NCBI GenBank assembly: GCA_016704275.1
Contig: JADJAK010000003.1
Location: forward strand, 42,122-106,121
From: Gemmatimonadota bacterium
GTDB taxonomy: Bacteria; Gemmatimonadota; Gemmatimonadetes; Gemmatimonadales; GWC2-71-9
DNA length: 64,000 bases
Direction: 5' to 3'
Below, piece by piece: positions 40,965 through 54,385 of the stretch. Below the pieces are notes generated by a model. That model was not told the origin of the DNA and made no database searches. It worked only from the letters and a program-made list of their open reading frames with translations. The translations under genes were made by a program, and so were the position numbers. Numbering within the stretch: position 1 is the stretch's first letter; every line of letters starts with the position of its first letter.

Positions 40965-42254
40965 ATGTCGCTTGCGAACGATCTCATTGCCCGCGCGGCC
41001 TCCCGCGACCTCACCTTCGGCATCGTCGGGTGCGGCTACGTCGGCCTTCCGCTCGCCGTCGAGCTCGGCCGTGCCGGCTTCAAGGTGATCGGTTACGACA
41101 TCTCGGAACGGGTCTGCGACGCCCTCAACGCCGGGAAGTCGCACATCAAGGACATCACCGACGCCGACGTCGCCGAGCTGCGCAAGGATGGCCGCTTCCA
41201 CGCGACCACCGACGCCTCGGAGCTTGGTCTCGCCGACGCGATCTCGATCTGCGTCCCGACGCCGCTCTCCAAGTACAAGGATCCTGACGTCTCCTTCATC
41301 GTCGCGGCCACCGAGTCGATCAAGGCGACGCTGCGGCGCGGCCAGGTGATCATCCTCGAGAGCACCACTTACCCGGGCACCACCCGCGAGATCATGCTCC
41401 CGGCGCTCGAGAGCACCGGCCTCAAGGTCGGCGAGGACTTCTTCCTCGCCTTCTCGCCGGAGCGGGTCGATCCGGGCAATCCGACGTACGGCACCCGCAA
41501 CACGCCGAAGGTCGTCGGCGGCATCACGCGCGACTGTCACCGCGTCGCCTGCGCCTGCTACGCCCCGGCGGTCGATACCCTCGTCCCGGTGAGCACCACC
41601 GAGGCGGCCGAACTCGTGAAGCTGCTGGAGAACACCTTCCGCAGCGTCAACATCGGCCTCGTCAACGAGATGGCGATCGTCTGTGACAAGCTCGGCGTCG
41701 ACGTCTGGGAAGTGATCGACGCGGCCGCGACCAAGCCGTTCGGCTTCATGAAGTTCACGCCGGGGCCGGGCCTCGGCGGGCACTGCATCCCGATCGACCC
41801 GCACTACCTCGCCTGGAAGATGCGCGGCCTGAACTACAAGACCCGCTTCATCGACCTCGCCGGCGAGCTCAACAGCGAGATGCCGCTCTTCTGGGTGCGC
41901 AAGACGATGGAAGAGCTCAACGGTCACAGCAAGGCGATCAAGGGCGCCAAGGTCCTGGTGCTCGGGGTGGCGTACAAGAAGGACATCGACGACCTCCGCG
42001 AGTCGCCGGCGCTCGACATCCTCGGCCTGCTGCACCAGTACGGTGCCGACGTGAGCTACCACGATCCGTACGTCGCCGGCTTCTCCGAGGCCGGGCATGA
42101 CTACAAGTCGGTGCCGCTGACGGCGGCGACCGTCGCCGCGGCCGACGTGGTGCTGGTGGTCACCGACCACACCTCGATCGACTGGAAGATGGTCAAGCAG
42201 AACGCGCGGCTGGCCGTCGACACTCGCCACGTGCTGGCAAAGATCGACGCATGA
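40965..42254 (+). CDS. wbpA: UDP-N-acetyl-D-glucosamine (or -mannosamine) 6-dehydrogenase, WbpA/WecC-like
   Basis: Contains [15 protein letters not shown] and the catalytic Cys region [11 protein letters not shown]. The substrate is inferred from operon context. Confidence 0.7.
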   Translation: MSLANDLIARAASRDLTFGIVGCGYVGLPLAVELGRAGFKVIGYDISERVCDALNAGKSHIKDITDADVAELRKDGRFHATTDASELGLADAISICVPTPLSKYKDPDVSFIVAATESIKATLRRGQVIILESTTYPGTTREIMLPALESTGLKVGEDFFLAFSPERVDPGNPTYGTRNTPKVVGGITRDCHRVACACYAPAVDTLVPVSTTEAAELVKLLENTFRSVNIGLVNEMAIVCDKLGVDVWEVIDAAATKPFGFMKFTPGPGLGGHCIPIDPHYLAWKMRGLNYKTRFIDLAGELNSEMPLFWVRKTMEELNGHSKAIKGAKVLVLGVAYKKDIDDLRESPALDILGLLHQYGADVSYHDPYVAGFSEAGHDYKSVPLTAATVAAADVVLVVTDHTSIDWKMVKQNARLAVDTRHVLAKIDA

Positions 42255-43555
42255 AGGTCACGGTGATCGGCTCGGGGTATGTCGGGCTCGTGGCCGGGGC
42301 GTGTCTCGCGGAGACCGGCAATGAGGTGGTCTGCGCCGACGTCGACGCGAGGAAGATCGACGGGTTGCGGAACGGCATCCTCCCGATCTACGAACCGGGG
42401 CTCGATGCGCTGGTGGTCCGAAATGCCGCCGAGGGGCGGCTCCGCTTCACCACCGAGATCGGCGAGGCGGTGCGGCACGGCGACATCGTCTTCATTGCGG
42501 TCGGCACGCCCCCCGGCGAGGACGGCAGCGCCGACCTGCAGCACGTCCTGGCGGTGGCCACGACCATCGGCAACCACTGCGACCGCTTCAAGGTCGTGGT
42601 GACGAAGTCCACCGTGCCGGTCGGTACCGCCGAGAAGGTGCGCGGCGCGCTGACCGCCACCGGGGCGAAGGACTTTGCCGTGGCGTCGAACCCCGAGTTC
42701 CTCAAGGAAGGGGCGGCGATCGACGACTTCATGAAGCCGGATCGCGTGGTGCTCGGCACCGACGATCCGCGCGCTGAGGAGATGCTGCGCGAGTTGTACG
42801 CCCCGTTCGTGCGGAGCGGCGCGCCGATCCTCTTCATGGACATCCCGTCGGCCGAAGTGACCAAGTACGCCGCCAACGCGATGCTCGCCACCCGCATCTC
42901 CTTCATGAATCAGATCGCCGACCTCTGCGAACGCGTCGGCGCCGATGTCTTCGCGGTGCGGAACGGCATCGGCAGCGACTCGCGGATTGGCAAGGCGTTT
43001 CTCTTCCCGGGTCCGGGGTACGGTGGCTCCTGCTTTCCGAAGGACGTGAAGGCGCTGGTACACACGGCGCGCGGCGTCGGTATGGCGCCGGACCTGCTCG
43101 AGGCGGTGGAAGCGGTGAACGCGCGCCAGAAGCAGGTGATGTTCACCAAGCTGCAGGCCTTGCTGGGCGACGTGCGCGGGACGACCGTCGCCGTGTGGGG
43201 GCTGGCCTTCAAGGCCGGCACCGACGACATGCGTGAGAGCCCCGCGAGCGCCCTGATCGATGCACTGCTGGACGCCGGGGCCAACGTGCGGGCGCACGAC
43301 CCGGAGGCGATGACGGTGGCGCGCGGCATCTGGGGCGACCGGGTCACCTTCGCCGGCGATCCGTGGGAGGCGCTCGAGGGTGCCGATGCGCTCGCCGTGG
43401 TGACCGAATGGCTGGTGTACCGCACGCCAGATTTCGACCGGATCAAGGCGGCGCTTCGGCGTCCGATCCTCGTGGACGGCCGCAATCTCTACGAGCCTGC
43501 GCGCATGGCGCGACTCGGCTTCCAGTATGCCGGCATTGGCCGGAGGACGAGCTGA
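42251..43555 (+). CDS. ugd: UDP-glucose 6-dehydrogenase
   Basis: Motifs: [37 protein letters not shown]. Confidence 0.85.
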   Translation: MKVTVIGSGYVGLVAGACLAETGNEVVCADVDARKIDGLRNGILPIYEPGLDALVVRNAAEGRLRFTTEIGEAVRHGDIVFIAVGTPPGEDGSADLQHVLAVATTIGNHCDRFKVVVTKSTVPVGTAEKVRGALTATGAKDFAVASNPEFLKEGAAIDDFMKPDRVVLGTDDPRAEEMLRELYAPFVRSGAPILFMDIPSAEVTKYAANAMLATRISFMNQIADLCERVGADVFAVRNGIGSDSRIGKAFLFPGPGYGGSCFPKDVKALVHTARGVGMAPDLLEAVEAVNARQKQVMFTKLQALLGDVRGTTVAVWGLAFKAGTDDMRESPASALIDALLDAGANVRAHDPEAMTVARGIWGDRVTFAGDPWEALEGADALAVVTEWLVYRTPDFDRIKAALRRPILVDGRNLYEPARMARLGFQYAGIGRRTS

Positions 43556-44490
43556 TGCGCGTCGTGATCACGGGGGCCGCCGGCTTCCTCGCCTCGCACC
43601 TGACCGATCGCTTCCTGGCGAACGGGGATGCGGTCGTGGGGATCGACAACTTCCTGACCGGACGGCCGGAGAACCTGGCCCACCTGGCCGGCAACCCGAA
43701 GTTCGAATTCATCGAACACGATGTCTCGACGCCGTACGATGTCGACGGCCCGGTGGACGGGGTGCTCCACTTCGCCTCGGCCGCCTCGCCGCCGGACTAC
43801 CAGGAGTATCCGATCGAGACGCTGCTGGTTGGCTCCGAGGGGACGCGCTACGGCCTCGAGCTCGCCAAGCGGAAGGGTGCCCGCTTCTTCCTCGCCTCGA
43901 CCTCGGAAGTCTACGGCGATCCGCAGGTGCACCCGCAGCCCGAGACCTACTGGGGTTACGTCAACTCGATCGGTCCGCGCTCCATGTACGATGAGGCGAA
44001 GCGTTTCGCCGAGGCGATGGTGATGGCGTATCACCGCACGCACGGCGTGGACACCCGCATCGTCCGGATCTTCAATACCTACGGCCCGCGGATGCGGCCC
44101 GAGGACGGCCGCGTCGTCTCGAACTTCCTGGTGCAGGCGCTGCAAGGGAAGCCGCTGACCATGTACGGTGACGGCTCGCAGACGCGCTCCTTCTGCTACG
44201 TGAGTGATGAAGTCGAGGGGATCTTCCGCCTCTTCCACTCCGACCGCACCCTGCCGACCAACATCGGCAATCCGATCGAGTTCACGATGCTCGAGCTGGC
44301 GCAGCAGGTGCTGGCCGTGACCGGCTCGTCGTCGAAGATCGAGTTCCTGCCGTTGCCGGGCGATGACCCGAAGGTGCGCCAGCCGGACATCACGGTCGCG
44401 CGCACGGTCCTCGGCTGGGAGCCGAAGGTGCCGCTGCGGGAAGGGCTCGAGAAGTCGCTGCCGTACTTCCAGGGCGAGGTCGCGGGATGA
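43555..44490 (+). CDS. uxs: UDP-glucuronate decarboxylase (UDP-xylose synthase)
   Basis: ATG 43555 overlaps the ugd stop by 1 nt. Motifs: [37 protein letters not shown]. Confidence 0.8.
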   Translation: MRVVITGAAGFLASHLTDRFLANGDAVVGIDNFLTGRPENLAHLAGNPKFEFIEHDVSTPYDVDGPVDGVLHFASAASPPDYQEYPIETLLVGSEGTRYGLELAKRKGARFFLASTSEVYGDPQVHPQPETYWGYVNSIGPRSMYDEAKRFAEAMVMAYHRTHGVDTRIVRIFNTYGPRMRPEDGRVVSNFLVQALQGKPLTMYGDGSQTRSFCYVSDEVEGIFRLFHSDRTLPTNIGNPIEFTMLELAQQVLAVTGSSSKIEFLPLPGDDPKVRQPDITVARTVLGWEPKVPLREGLEKSLPYFQGEVAG

Positions 44491-45194
44491 GTCGCGGCGC
44501 CTCGGCTCTGCTCGAAGGCGCGCGCGAGCGCTTCGCCAACCGCGACTATTACGGGGCGCTGCTCTGCCTCGATGATGAGGCCGCGGGCGAGCACGGCTGG
44601 GCCGACGTCTTTCACCTCCGCGGCGTCTGCTTCTCGCTGCTCGATCGCCATCTCGAAGCGGTGGCCGCCTTCGACCGCGCGATCGCGATCAATCCGCGCT
44701 ACCTCGAGGCACACCTGCATCGTGCCTTGGCGCTCACGGCGTTAGGGCGCGAGGCCGATGCCGCCACCGCCTTTGCGGCGGCGCGTGAATCGGTCGGACC
44801 CGATGTGGCCGGCCTCTCCGCACCGATCGCCGCGCGCCTCGCCAATGAGCATGCCAAACTGGGCGAGCTCTACGCCGAGGCGGGTGCGGTGCAGGATGCC
44901 GTGCGCGAATACCGGCGCGCCTCCGAACTTGGCCCGGCATACCTCGACCTGCGGCTTCGTCTCGCGCGGTTGCTGATGGAGTCGGGGAATCCGCTGGAGG
45001 CGCGCGACGAACTGAGCGCCATCCTGGTGACCCGGCCCGACTGGGTCGAGGCTCGGGTGCAGCTTGGCCTGTCGAGGCATCTTGCCGGCGACACCGCCGG
45101 GGCGCGGGAGACGTGGCGGCGTTGCCTCGAGGACGCGCCTGGCCTCGATCGCGTCGCGGCCTACCTCGCCATGGTGGATCGGATCCCCGAATGA
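44487..45194 (+). CDS. TPR-repeat protein
   Basis: Repeated A..F..AI.INP.Y.EA TPR consensus. The start sits in an ATGA overlap. Confidence 0.7.
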   Translation: MSRGASALLEGARERFANRDYYGALLCLDDEAAGEHGWADVFHLRGVCFSLLDRHLEAVAAFDRAIAINPRYLEAHLHRALALTALGREADAATAFAAARESVGPDVAGLSAPIAARLANEHAKLGELYAEAGAVQDAVREYRRASELGPAYLDLRLRLARLLMESGNPLEARDELSAILVTRPDWVEARVQLGLSRHLAGDTAGARETWRRCLEDAPGLDRVAAYLAMVDRIPE

Positions 45195-46081
45195 AGCGCG
45201 TGCTCCTCGTGGCCGTGTTGCTCGGCTGCGGTGGTGCGCGGAACACCCCCGAACGGCTCGGCGACGAGGCGTGGCATCGCGGGCAGTGGGCCGTCGCCAC
45301 CGCCCAGTACCGACTCGAGGGCAACATCCCCCGCCTGTTGGCCAAGCGCGCCGACGCGGCGCTGCTCGGTGGAGAGTTGATGGGCGCGGCGATGCTCTAC
45401 CGGCAACTGGGCGCGGCGGACCCGACCCGGACCGGTGAGGCCGCCGCCGGACTGGTCCGCGTGGCAGAAGTGGCTCAGCGGGTGGGGGATGTGCACGCGG
45501 TGGCCGCCTGCATTGCCGGGCTTGCCGAGGTTGCACCAGGATGGCCCCTCGGGCGGTTGGCACTTCGGCTTCCCCCCGATGCACCGTGGGATCCGTCGCT
45601 GGTCAGTGCCATCGGCCCTGCCGGGCTCGCCTCGGCCGGGGGAGGGGAGCGATGGTTGCTGGCGCTGGGCCGCGGCTATCGCGCCGCCAAACGCTGCCCG
45701 GAGGCGATTGCCGCGCTCGAGACCCTGCGCCGCCGCGAGCGCGGGCCGGCCGCTGACACCGCCGGGGCCGAGTTGGCGTCGTGTCAGCTTACCGTTGGCC
45801 TGGCCGCCCTTGGGGCCGGGCGGCCGGGGGAGGCCGATTTCTGGTTGCTGCAGGCCGCGACGGCCGATCCACTCGGTGCATCTGGTCGACGGGCGCTCGT
45901 CGCCTTGGGCGATGCGCGGCTCGCCGAGGGTGACCTCGCCGGGGCCAATCTCCTCTGGCAACAGGTCCTGACCGCGCCAGTTTCGCCCGATTCGATTACA
46001 GTAATGGCGCTCGAACGGCTCCGGGATCCGGGGGTGTTCGGGAGCAAGTCAGACTCTTCCGTCGTCCCGGGACGTCCCTGA
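45191..46081 (+). CDS. Lipoprotein, helical, function unknown
   Basis: ATG 45191 sits in an ATGA overlap. The lipobox is LLGCGG. Confidence 0.55.
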   Translation: MKRVLLVAVLLGCGGARNTPERLGDEAWHRGQWAVATAQYRLEGNIPRLLAKRADAALLGGELMGAAMLYRQLGAADPTRTGEAAAGLVRVAEVAQRVGDVHAVAACIAGLAEVAPGWPLGRLALRLPPDAPWDPSLVSAIGPAGLASAGGGERWLLALGRGYRAAKRCPEAIAALETLRRRERGPAADTAGAELASCQLTVGLAALGAGRPGEADFWLLQAATADPLGASGRRALVALGDARLAEGDLAGANLLWQQVLTAPVSPDSITVMALERLRDPGVFGSKSDSSVVPGRP

Positions 46082-46887
46082 TGCGTCGTACGCTGTTGCC
46101 ATCGCTCGCTGCTGCCATCGTCGCCCTTGCCGGCTGCAACCGCGCGCCGGCGGTCACGCCGGGTGCCGCTCGGCTTCGTCTGACCTCGCAAGAAATCGAT
46201 TCGATGTGGAATCAGGCGCTCGCGCTGTACCAGAAGCGGGATTGGCGGAAGGCCGGTACGGCGCTGGAGCGGGCCCAGCTCGAAATGCCGGTCACCGACA
46301 AGCGCATTCCGGTCGCCCGTTTCTATCTGGCGGAGTCGCGCCTCGGCGAGAAGAGCAACCTGCAGGCGGTCCGCGAATTCCGCCGCGTCTCCGACGAATT
46401 CCCGAACGACACCCTCGCCGCCCCCGCGCTCGTGCGCGCTGGCGATGCGTATCTCAAGATGTGGCGCCGTCCCGAACTCGACCCGACCTACGGGCAGAGT
46501 GCCTACGCGACGTACCAGGAAGTGCTGAGCCGCTATCCCGGCACCGAGTCGGCCAAGACCGCCGACCTGCGCATCAAGGACATCGAGAACCGCTTTGCCA
46601 TCAAGGAGTACAAGGCGGCGCTCTATTACATCCGCTTCAAGGCCCTCGACTCGGCGATCCTCTACCTCCGGAACATCATCGCCACCTGGCCGCGCGCGGA
46701 AACGGTGCCGGACGCGCTCGACAAGCTCGTCACCGCGTATCGCACCCTCGGCTACGTCGAGGACACCAACGAGACCTGCGCGTACTTCCGCCGGCAGTGG
46801 CCCGATTCGCCGAAGCTCGCCGTGAGCTGCCCGGAGTCGAAGGACTCTGTTGCCGCCCCGGCCGCCGAGATCAAGAAGGGTCCCTGA
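46081..46887 (+). CDS. bamD: Outer membrane protein assembly factor BamD (YfiO-like lipoprotein)
   Basis: The lipobox is LAGC. A TPR-like fold with YLAESRLGEKSNLQAVREFRRVSDEFPND and KAALYYIRFKALDSAILYLRNII. Confidence 0.65.
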   Translation: MRRTLLPSLAAAIVALAGCNRAPAVTPGAARLRLTSQEIDSMWNQALALYQKRDWRKAGTALERAQLEMPVTDKRIPVARFYLAESRLGEKSNLQAVREFRRVSDEFPNDTLAAPALVRAGDAYLKMWRRPELDPTYGQSAYATYQEVLSRYPGTESAKTADLRIKDIENRFAIKEYKAALYYIRFKALDSAILYLRNIIATWPRAETVPDALDKLVTAYRTLGYVEDTNETCAYFRRQWPDSPKLAVSCPESKDSVAAPAAEIKKGP

Positions 46888-46888
46888 C

Positions 46889-47461
46889 GTGCGGGTGGGG
46901 ATCCTCGGTGGTTCCTTCGACCCGATCCACAACGCCCACCTGATCGCTGCGCAGCTGGCCCGGGAATCCCTCGGGCTGGATGTCGTGCGCCTGATGGTCG
47001 CGGCCCAGCAGCCTCACAAGCTCGGTGGCCATGAAGCCACCGCCGAACAACGCGCGGAGATGGTCGAGCTCGCCGTCGCCGGCCTCCCAGGGCTGGTGGC
47101 CGATTGGCGCGAGCTCCGGCGCAGCGGCCCCTCATATACCGTCGATACCCTCCGTGAGCTGCACGCCGAATCGCCCGGGACGGAGTTCACTTTGCTCCTC
47201 GGTGCCGACACCGCCAGCCACTTCGCCGAGTGGCGTGAGCCCGAGGCCATTCGTGCGCTGGCGCGGGTGGTGGTCTTCCGGCGGGGTGACGCGGCCGTTC
47301 CGGCAGGCTTCTCTGCCGAAGTGGCCGTCCCGGCATTGGAACTCTCCTCCACTGCGGTTCGTACCCGTGCTGCAGCTGGTTTGTCGCTGGTCGGATGGGT
47401 CCCTGACCGGGTGGCCGACTATATTTCAAGGTTTGGGCTCTATGTCAGTCACGGGGAGTAG
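46889..47461 (+). CDS. nadD: Nicotinate-nucleotide adenylyltransferase
   Basis: Motifs: VGILGGSFDPIHNAHL, SSTAVR. The start is GTG 46889 or 46895. Confidence 0.85.
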   Translation: MRVGILGGSFDPIHNAHLIAAQLARESLGLDVVRLMVAAQQPHKLGGHEATAEQRAEMVELAVAGLPGLVADWRELRRSGPSYTVDTLRELHAESPGTEFTLLLGADTASHFAEWREPEAIRALARVVVFRRGDAAVPAGFSAEVAVPALELSSTAVRTRAAAGLSLVGWVPDRVADYISRFGLYVSHGE

Positions 47462-47467
47462 TGCTGG

Positions 47468-50629
<3,162 letters not shown>

Positions 50630-50672
50630 CCTTTCAGGCGCCGTCTTCAGGCGCGGTTCTCAGGCGCGGATG

Positions 50673-50735
50673 TCAATCCGCGCCATCCGCAAAGATCCTG
50701 AATGAAGCCGCCGCAAGGCGGCTTCGCTGCATTCC
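50673..50735 (+). terminator. Two tandem GC-rich hairpins downstream of secA
   Basis: GGCGCGGA-tgtcaa-TCCGCGCC (50673-50694) and GAAGCCGCC-gcaa-GGCGGCTTC (50714-50735). There is no U-tract. Confidence 0.35.
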
Positions 50736-50822
50736 GGGAGTGGCGCCGCCACCGGTTGTCGCAATCCGATTGTGGGTATTATCCGAGATCGTCCACCCAC
50801 GCCTCCTCATGCCGGCGGTCCC

Positions 50823-52031
50823 ATGAGCGTTTTGGTCTGGATCCGGGCAGTCAGCCTCATCGCCCTCTTGCCGGGTGTTTCCTGGGCTCAGGGCGTCGTC
50901 AGGCTTCAGCGCGGCGACACGTTGGTCCTCCGCACCACTGGGCCTGGCCGCTGGGGGCCACCGAAGCGAGCCGTCGAGCTCCGACGGCTCTCGGGCCCAC
51001 GTGACCAAGAGGAGTTCGGTCGCATCGATTGCATCAGCGCGTTGCCTGATGGCGGCGTGGTCGTCTACGACGCGAAGGGTCTCGATGGTCCGACACTATT
51101 CGTGATCAATGCGGACGGGACCACCCGACGCACGCTGGGCCGCCTTGGTGCGGGGCCAGGTGAATATCGAGCGACGCAACTCACGACGTGTCTCGCTGTG
51201 CAGGCGGACGGCACGATCCTCTTTCTTGACACGGGGAACTCGCGGATCGATCGCTGGGGTGCAAAGGGCGAGGTGCTGCCCGCCATCCCACTCTCCGCGA
51301 TCCCGGTCGGCCCGGAGCCGAACCTTCTCGCGGGCGCGAACGGGTCGATCTACGTCCGCGCCGGCCTGGGTCGTCCGCGGCGGCAGTTCGTTCCGTGGCA
51401 CACGGACTTTTCGGCCTTCGGTTTCCTGCACCTGAGTCCATCCGGCGCGGTGTTGGACACGGTTCACGCGCAACGCACATGGCGTGACTACCAGGTGCCG
51501 CGGGAATTCGATCCATGGGATGTCACGTTACCGTTCGAGGATGGGACCCTCTTCATCTCCGGTGCCGACCGTCTCGCATTTCTGCTGCGATCGCGCGTGG
51601 GCCGAGATGTGCTTGTCGAGCATCCGACTGACCCTGTCCCGGTGACCGCGGCGGAGCGGAAGGAGTGGACCGCCATCAGAGGCTGGTACCAGGGTTCCGT
51701 TCCTCCGCCGGCGCCGAGTTTCGCGAATACCAAGTCAGCCTTCTTTGCTGTCGCGCGTGCGCACGACGGGACGATCTGGCTGCGGCTCCATGTCGCGGCC
51801 GTGCGCGATACACCCCGCGAGGCATTTCCGGGGGTCAAAGACCCACCCTCGCCGATTCGCGAGTGGTTCGAGTCGCCGGTCTTTGCGGCGTTCCTGGTCG
51901 ACGGGACCTTCCTTGGCGAGGCGCAACTCCCGCTGCACTCCAGGATGCATGTCTTTGCGGGGGCGTTCGCGTGGGGGATTGCGGTGGCGCCGGACGGTCA
52001 GGAGACGCTGGTGCGGTGGAGGGTGCGCTGA
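50823..52031 (+). CDS. Secreted 6-bladed-beta-propeller-like protein (GxGPGE[YF] motif), function unknown
   Basis: ATG 50823 with signal peptide MSVLVWIRAVSLIALLPGVSWAQG. Contains an LGAGPGEYRA motif. It is a paralogue of 54386..55510. Confidence 0.6.
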   Translation: MSVLVWIRAVSLIALLPGVSWAQGVVRLQRGDTLVLRTTGPGRWGPPKRAVELRRLSGPRDQEEFGRIDCISALPDGGVVVYDAKGLDGPTLFVINADGTTRRTLGRLGAGPGEYRATQLTTCLAVQADGTILFLDTGNSRIDRWGAKGEVLPAIPLSAIPVGPEPNLLAGANGSIYVRAGLGRPRRQFVPWHTDFSAFGFLHLSPSGAVLDTVHAQRTWRDYQVPREFDPWDVTLPFEDGTLFISGADRLAFLLRSRVGRDVLVEHPTDPVPVTAAERKEWTAIRGWYQGSVPPPAPSFANTKSAFFAVARAHDGTIWLRLHVAAVRDTPREAFPGVKDPPSPIREWFESPVFAAFLVDGTFLGEAQLPLHSRMHVFAGAFAWGIAVAPDGQETLVRWRVR

Positions 52032-52173
52032 TCCGTTGCGTGGCGCCGCCAGCTTCCGCAACGCAGGGAATGGGGTGATACTGGGAGGGTAGTCCGCTTC
52101 GCCTCCGACCCGGGAGCTCCCCCTGACGAGCCTGTGTCACGCCCTCCAGCGCGCGCTGCCGCTCCTCGTCGCC

Positions 52174-54285
52174 TTGGCCGTCGGGGCGGCCCGGCCGCTC
52201 GCCTCCCAGGCGCTCACGCCCTCGCCGTCGGCGGGTTGTGCCGCGATCGTGTCGCTCTCGTCGAGCGAACTGCTCGAGCGCGAACGCCTCGCCACCTTCG
52301 ACCGCCGGCAGCGCGAATCGACGGCGGGGTTCTGGCGCGAGCTCGGGTGCATTCGTCAGGCGCTCGACCTCTTGGGCCACAAGGGTCGCGAAGGGGCGCT
52401 GATGATCGCCGGCACGAGCTGGCACCAGGGCGCAATCAATGCCTACCTCCAGGCGCTGCGCACCGGACCAACGGATTCTCTCACGCTGACGCTCCTGGGC
52501 CAGATCGTCCTCGACGACTGGTACGCCGACTCACTCGGCGCGGTCGGCCGGGCGCTGCTGCGGGGTGCCGAGGGCGGCGTGCTCGACCGTGATGCGCTTA
52601 GGGGGTGCAGCACGGCCGCGTTTTGGGTCGGTGATCTGCCGACGGCTCGCGGTTGCGGCGAGGCGGGCCTCGCGAGTGGTCGGGATTCCACCTTCCACCA
52701 GCTCGCGGTGGCACGTGCCGCCGCCGGGGCAGGAGACACCGTGACCACCAGCCGCGCATTCGGTGCGGCCGTACGCGCGGTGCGCACTGCCGAGGACTGG
52801 GAGCTGCTCAGATGGCAGTTGCAGTGGTTCCTCTCGCCCGTCGAGCAGGCACGCGTGGACTCGGCGGCTGGGGATCGGCGGACGCAAATGGTTGCCGATT
52901 TGATCGCCAGTCGGGATGTCCGCGATGGTCGTCGATCGGGCGCCAGGGCCGTGGAGCATTTTCGTCGGCTGGACTATGCCACGGCGCACTTCGCGATGCA
53001 GATGCCGAAGTCCCAACGCGAGCGCATCCGGACCCTGCCCGCCACGGTCATCATCCCGGATAGCATCGCCGACCGCTTGCGTGGCGCGCGGATCAAGGAT
53101 GGTCTCCCCGGCGATGTGTACAACCCGAATGATTCGTTTCCCCACAGCGTCCCGGCGCGCCCGCTACGCGAGTTCCCACGGTGGCAGGTCGATCTCGATG
53201 ATCGTGGGGTCGTCTACCTCCGCTATGGGCAGCCGGTCCAGCGCATTCCGCGGATCGGGAAGTTCACGATGCGAGAGGTGTGGTTGTACGTGATCGATGA
53301 CAAGAAACTGCTGGTGCACTTCGAGAGCGAGGCCTTTACCGGGACCCTCGAGGCGACCCGTCTCGTCACCGGCGTCCTCGGGGACTACCTCTGCGACGTG
53401 GATGTGCGGCGCTGTCAGGAAACGGCGGAGGCGGTGCATGGGAGGCTCAAGCCGGAGAACCTCGAGACCATCCGGGGTCAGGACCGCGAGTTCCTCGCGA
53501 CCGCCACGACCAAGGACAACAACTCGAGTCAGCCGGCGAACCAGCTCCGGGTGATGGCGAACGCGTATGCGCTCTGGCGGCCGAGCACCGGGCAACCCGT
53601 CACCGTCATCCCGTATGCGGTCCGGTTGTCGGACATGGCGACGCTGCCGGGCGATTCGTTGCTGCAGCCGCTCCGCGTGGCGGCGCAGAGCTGGGACGGC
53701 ACTGCCGCGGTGCGCTTCGACTCCACCATCACCCGTCGAGTCCGGAAGCCCTCCGGTGCGGGCAGGGATGTGTACCTGACCGGGGTGATGGCATTGCCCG
53801 GGACATCAGCATTGTCGGCATGGAGCATTGTCCTCTCCCAGGGGCCGGATCGCGGCGGCCGCTACTACGAGGAGCAGCACGCCCCGCTCGCGACAGGGCC
53901 GCTGGTGCTCAGCGACGTCGTCCTCGGCGCCCCGTCGCAGAAGCTGAATTGGGAGGATGGGGAACTCGTGCTCCCATTGGTGCCACTGCAGGGATTCAAC
54001 CAGAAGGAACCGGTGGCGCTCTACGTCCAGGCGCGGTCGGCCGTGTCCCGAGCCGATGGCGTGGCCGTTGAGGTCGTCATTGCCCGGCCCTCAACTCCCG
54101 GAAAGGAGCGAAAGGTCGAACTCACCGTCGGCTTCAAGCGCGCGCTTGCGGCCGGGCTCAACGAGCTCCAACAGGAGGTCGACATTTCGCGCCTGGATCC
54201 CGGCGAGTACGTGCTGGAGGTCGCCGTGCGGCACGCCGCCACGGGCGCGAGTGACCGGCGGAGTGCGCGGTTGGTGGTGCGGTAG
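52174..54285 (+). CDS. Secreted protein with N-terminal helical region and GWxTPRF-like domain, function unknown
   Basis: The long ORF has a signal-like N-terminus (ALPLLVALAVGAARPLASQA) that begins upstream of TTG 52174, so the true start is uncertain (in-frame CTG at 52123 or 52132). DDRGVVYLRYGQP...REVWLY resembles the GWxTPRF family, from memory. Confidence 0.55.
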   Translation: MAVGAARPLASQALTPSPSAGCAAIVSLSSSELLERERLATFDRRQRESTAGFWRELGCIRQALDLLGHKGREGALMIAGTSWHQGAINAYLQALRTGPTDSLTLTLLGQIVLDDWYADSLGAVGRALLRGAEGGVLDRDALRGCSTAAFWVGDLPTARGCGEAGLASGRDSTFHQLAVARAAAGAGDTVTTSRAFGAAVRAVRTAEDWELLRWQLQWFLSPVEQARVDSAAGDRRTQMVADLIASRDVRDGRRSGARAVEHFRRLDYATAHFAMQMPKSQRERIRTLPATVIIPDSIADRLRGARIKDGLPGDVYNPNDSFPHSVPARPLREFPRWQVDLDDRGVVYLRYGQPVQRIPRIGKFTMREVWLYVIDDKKLLVHFESEAFTGTLEATRLVTGVLGDYLCDVDVRRCQETAEAVHGRLKPENLETIRGQDREFLATATTKDNNSSQPANQLRVMANAYALWRPSTGQPVTVIPYAVRLSDMATLPGDSLLQPLRVAAQSWDGTAAVRFDSTITRRVRKPSGAGRDVYLTGVMALPGTSALSAWSIVLSQGPDRGGRYYEEQHAPLATGPLVLSDVVLGAPSQKLNWEDGELVLPLVPLQGFNQKEPVALYVQARSAVSRADGVAVEVVIARPSTPGKERKVELTVGFKRALAAGLNELQQEVDISRLDPGEYVLEVAVRHAATGASDRRSARLVVR

Positions 54286-54385
54286 CGACGTCGATCGCGG
54301 CCATGAGGCACCAAGTGTTGCTGCCCGAAGGTCACCCTTTCTCAATTGTTTCGTGCCGAATCCACCGTACCCCTGAGGATCAACA

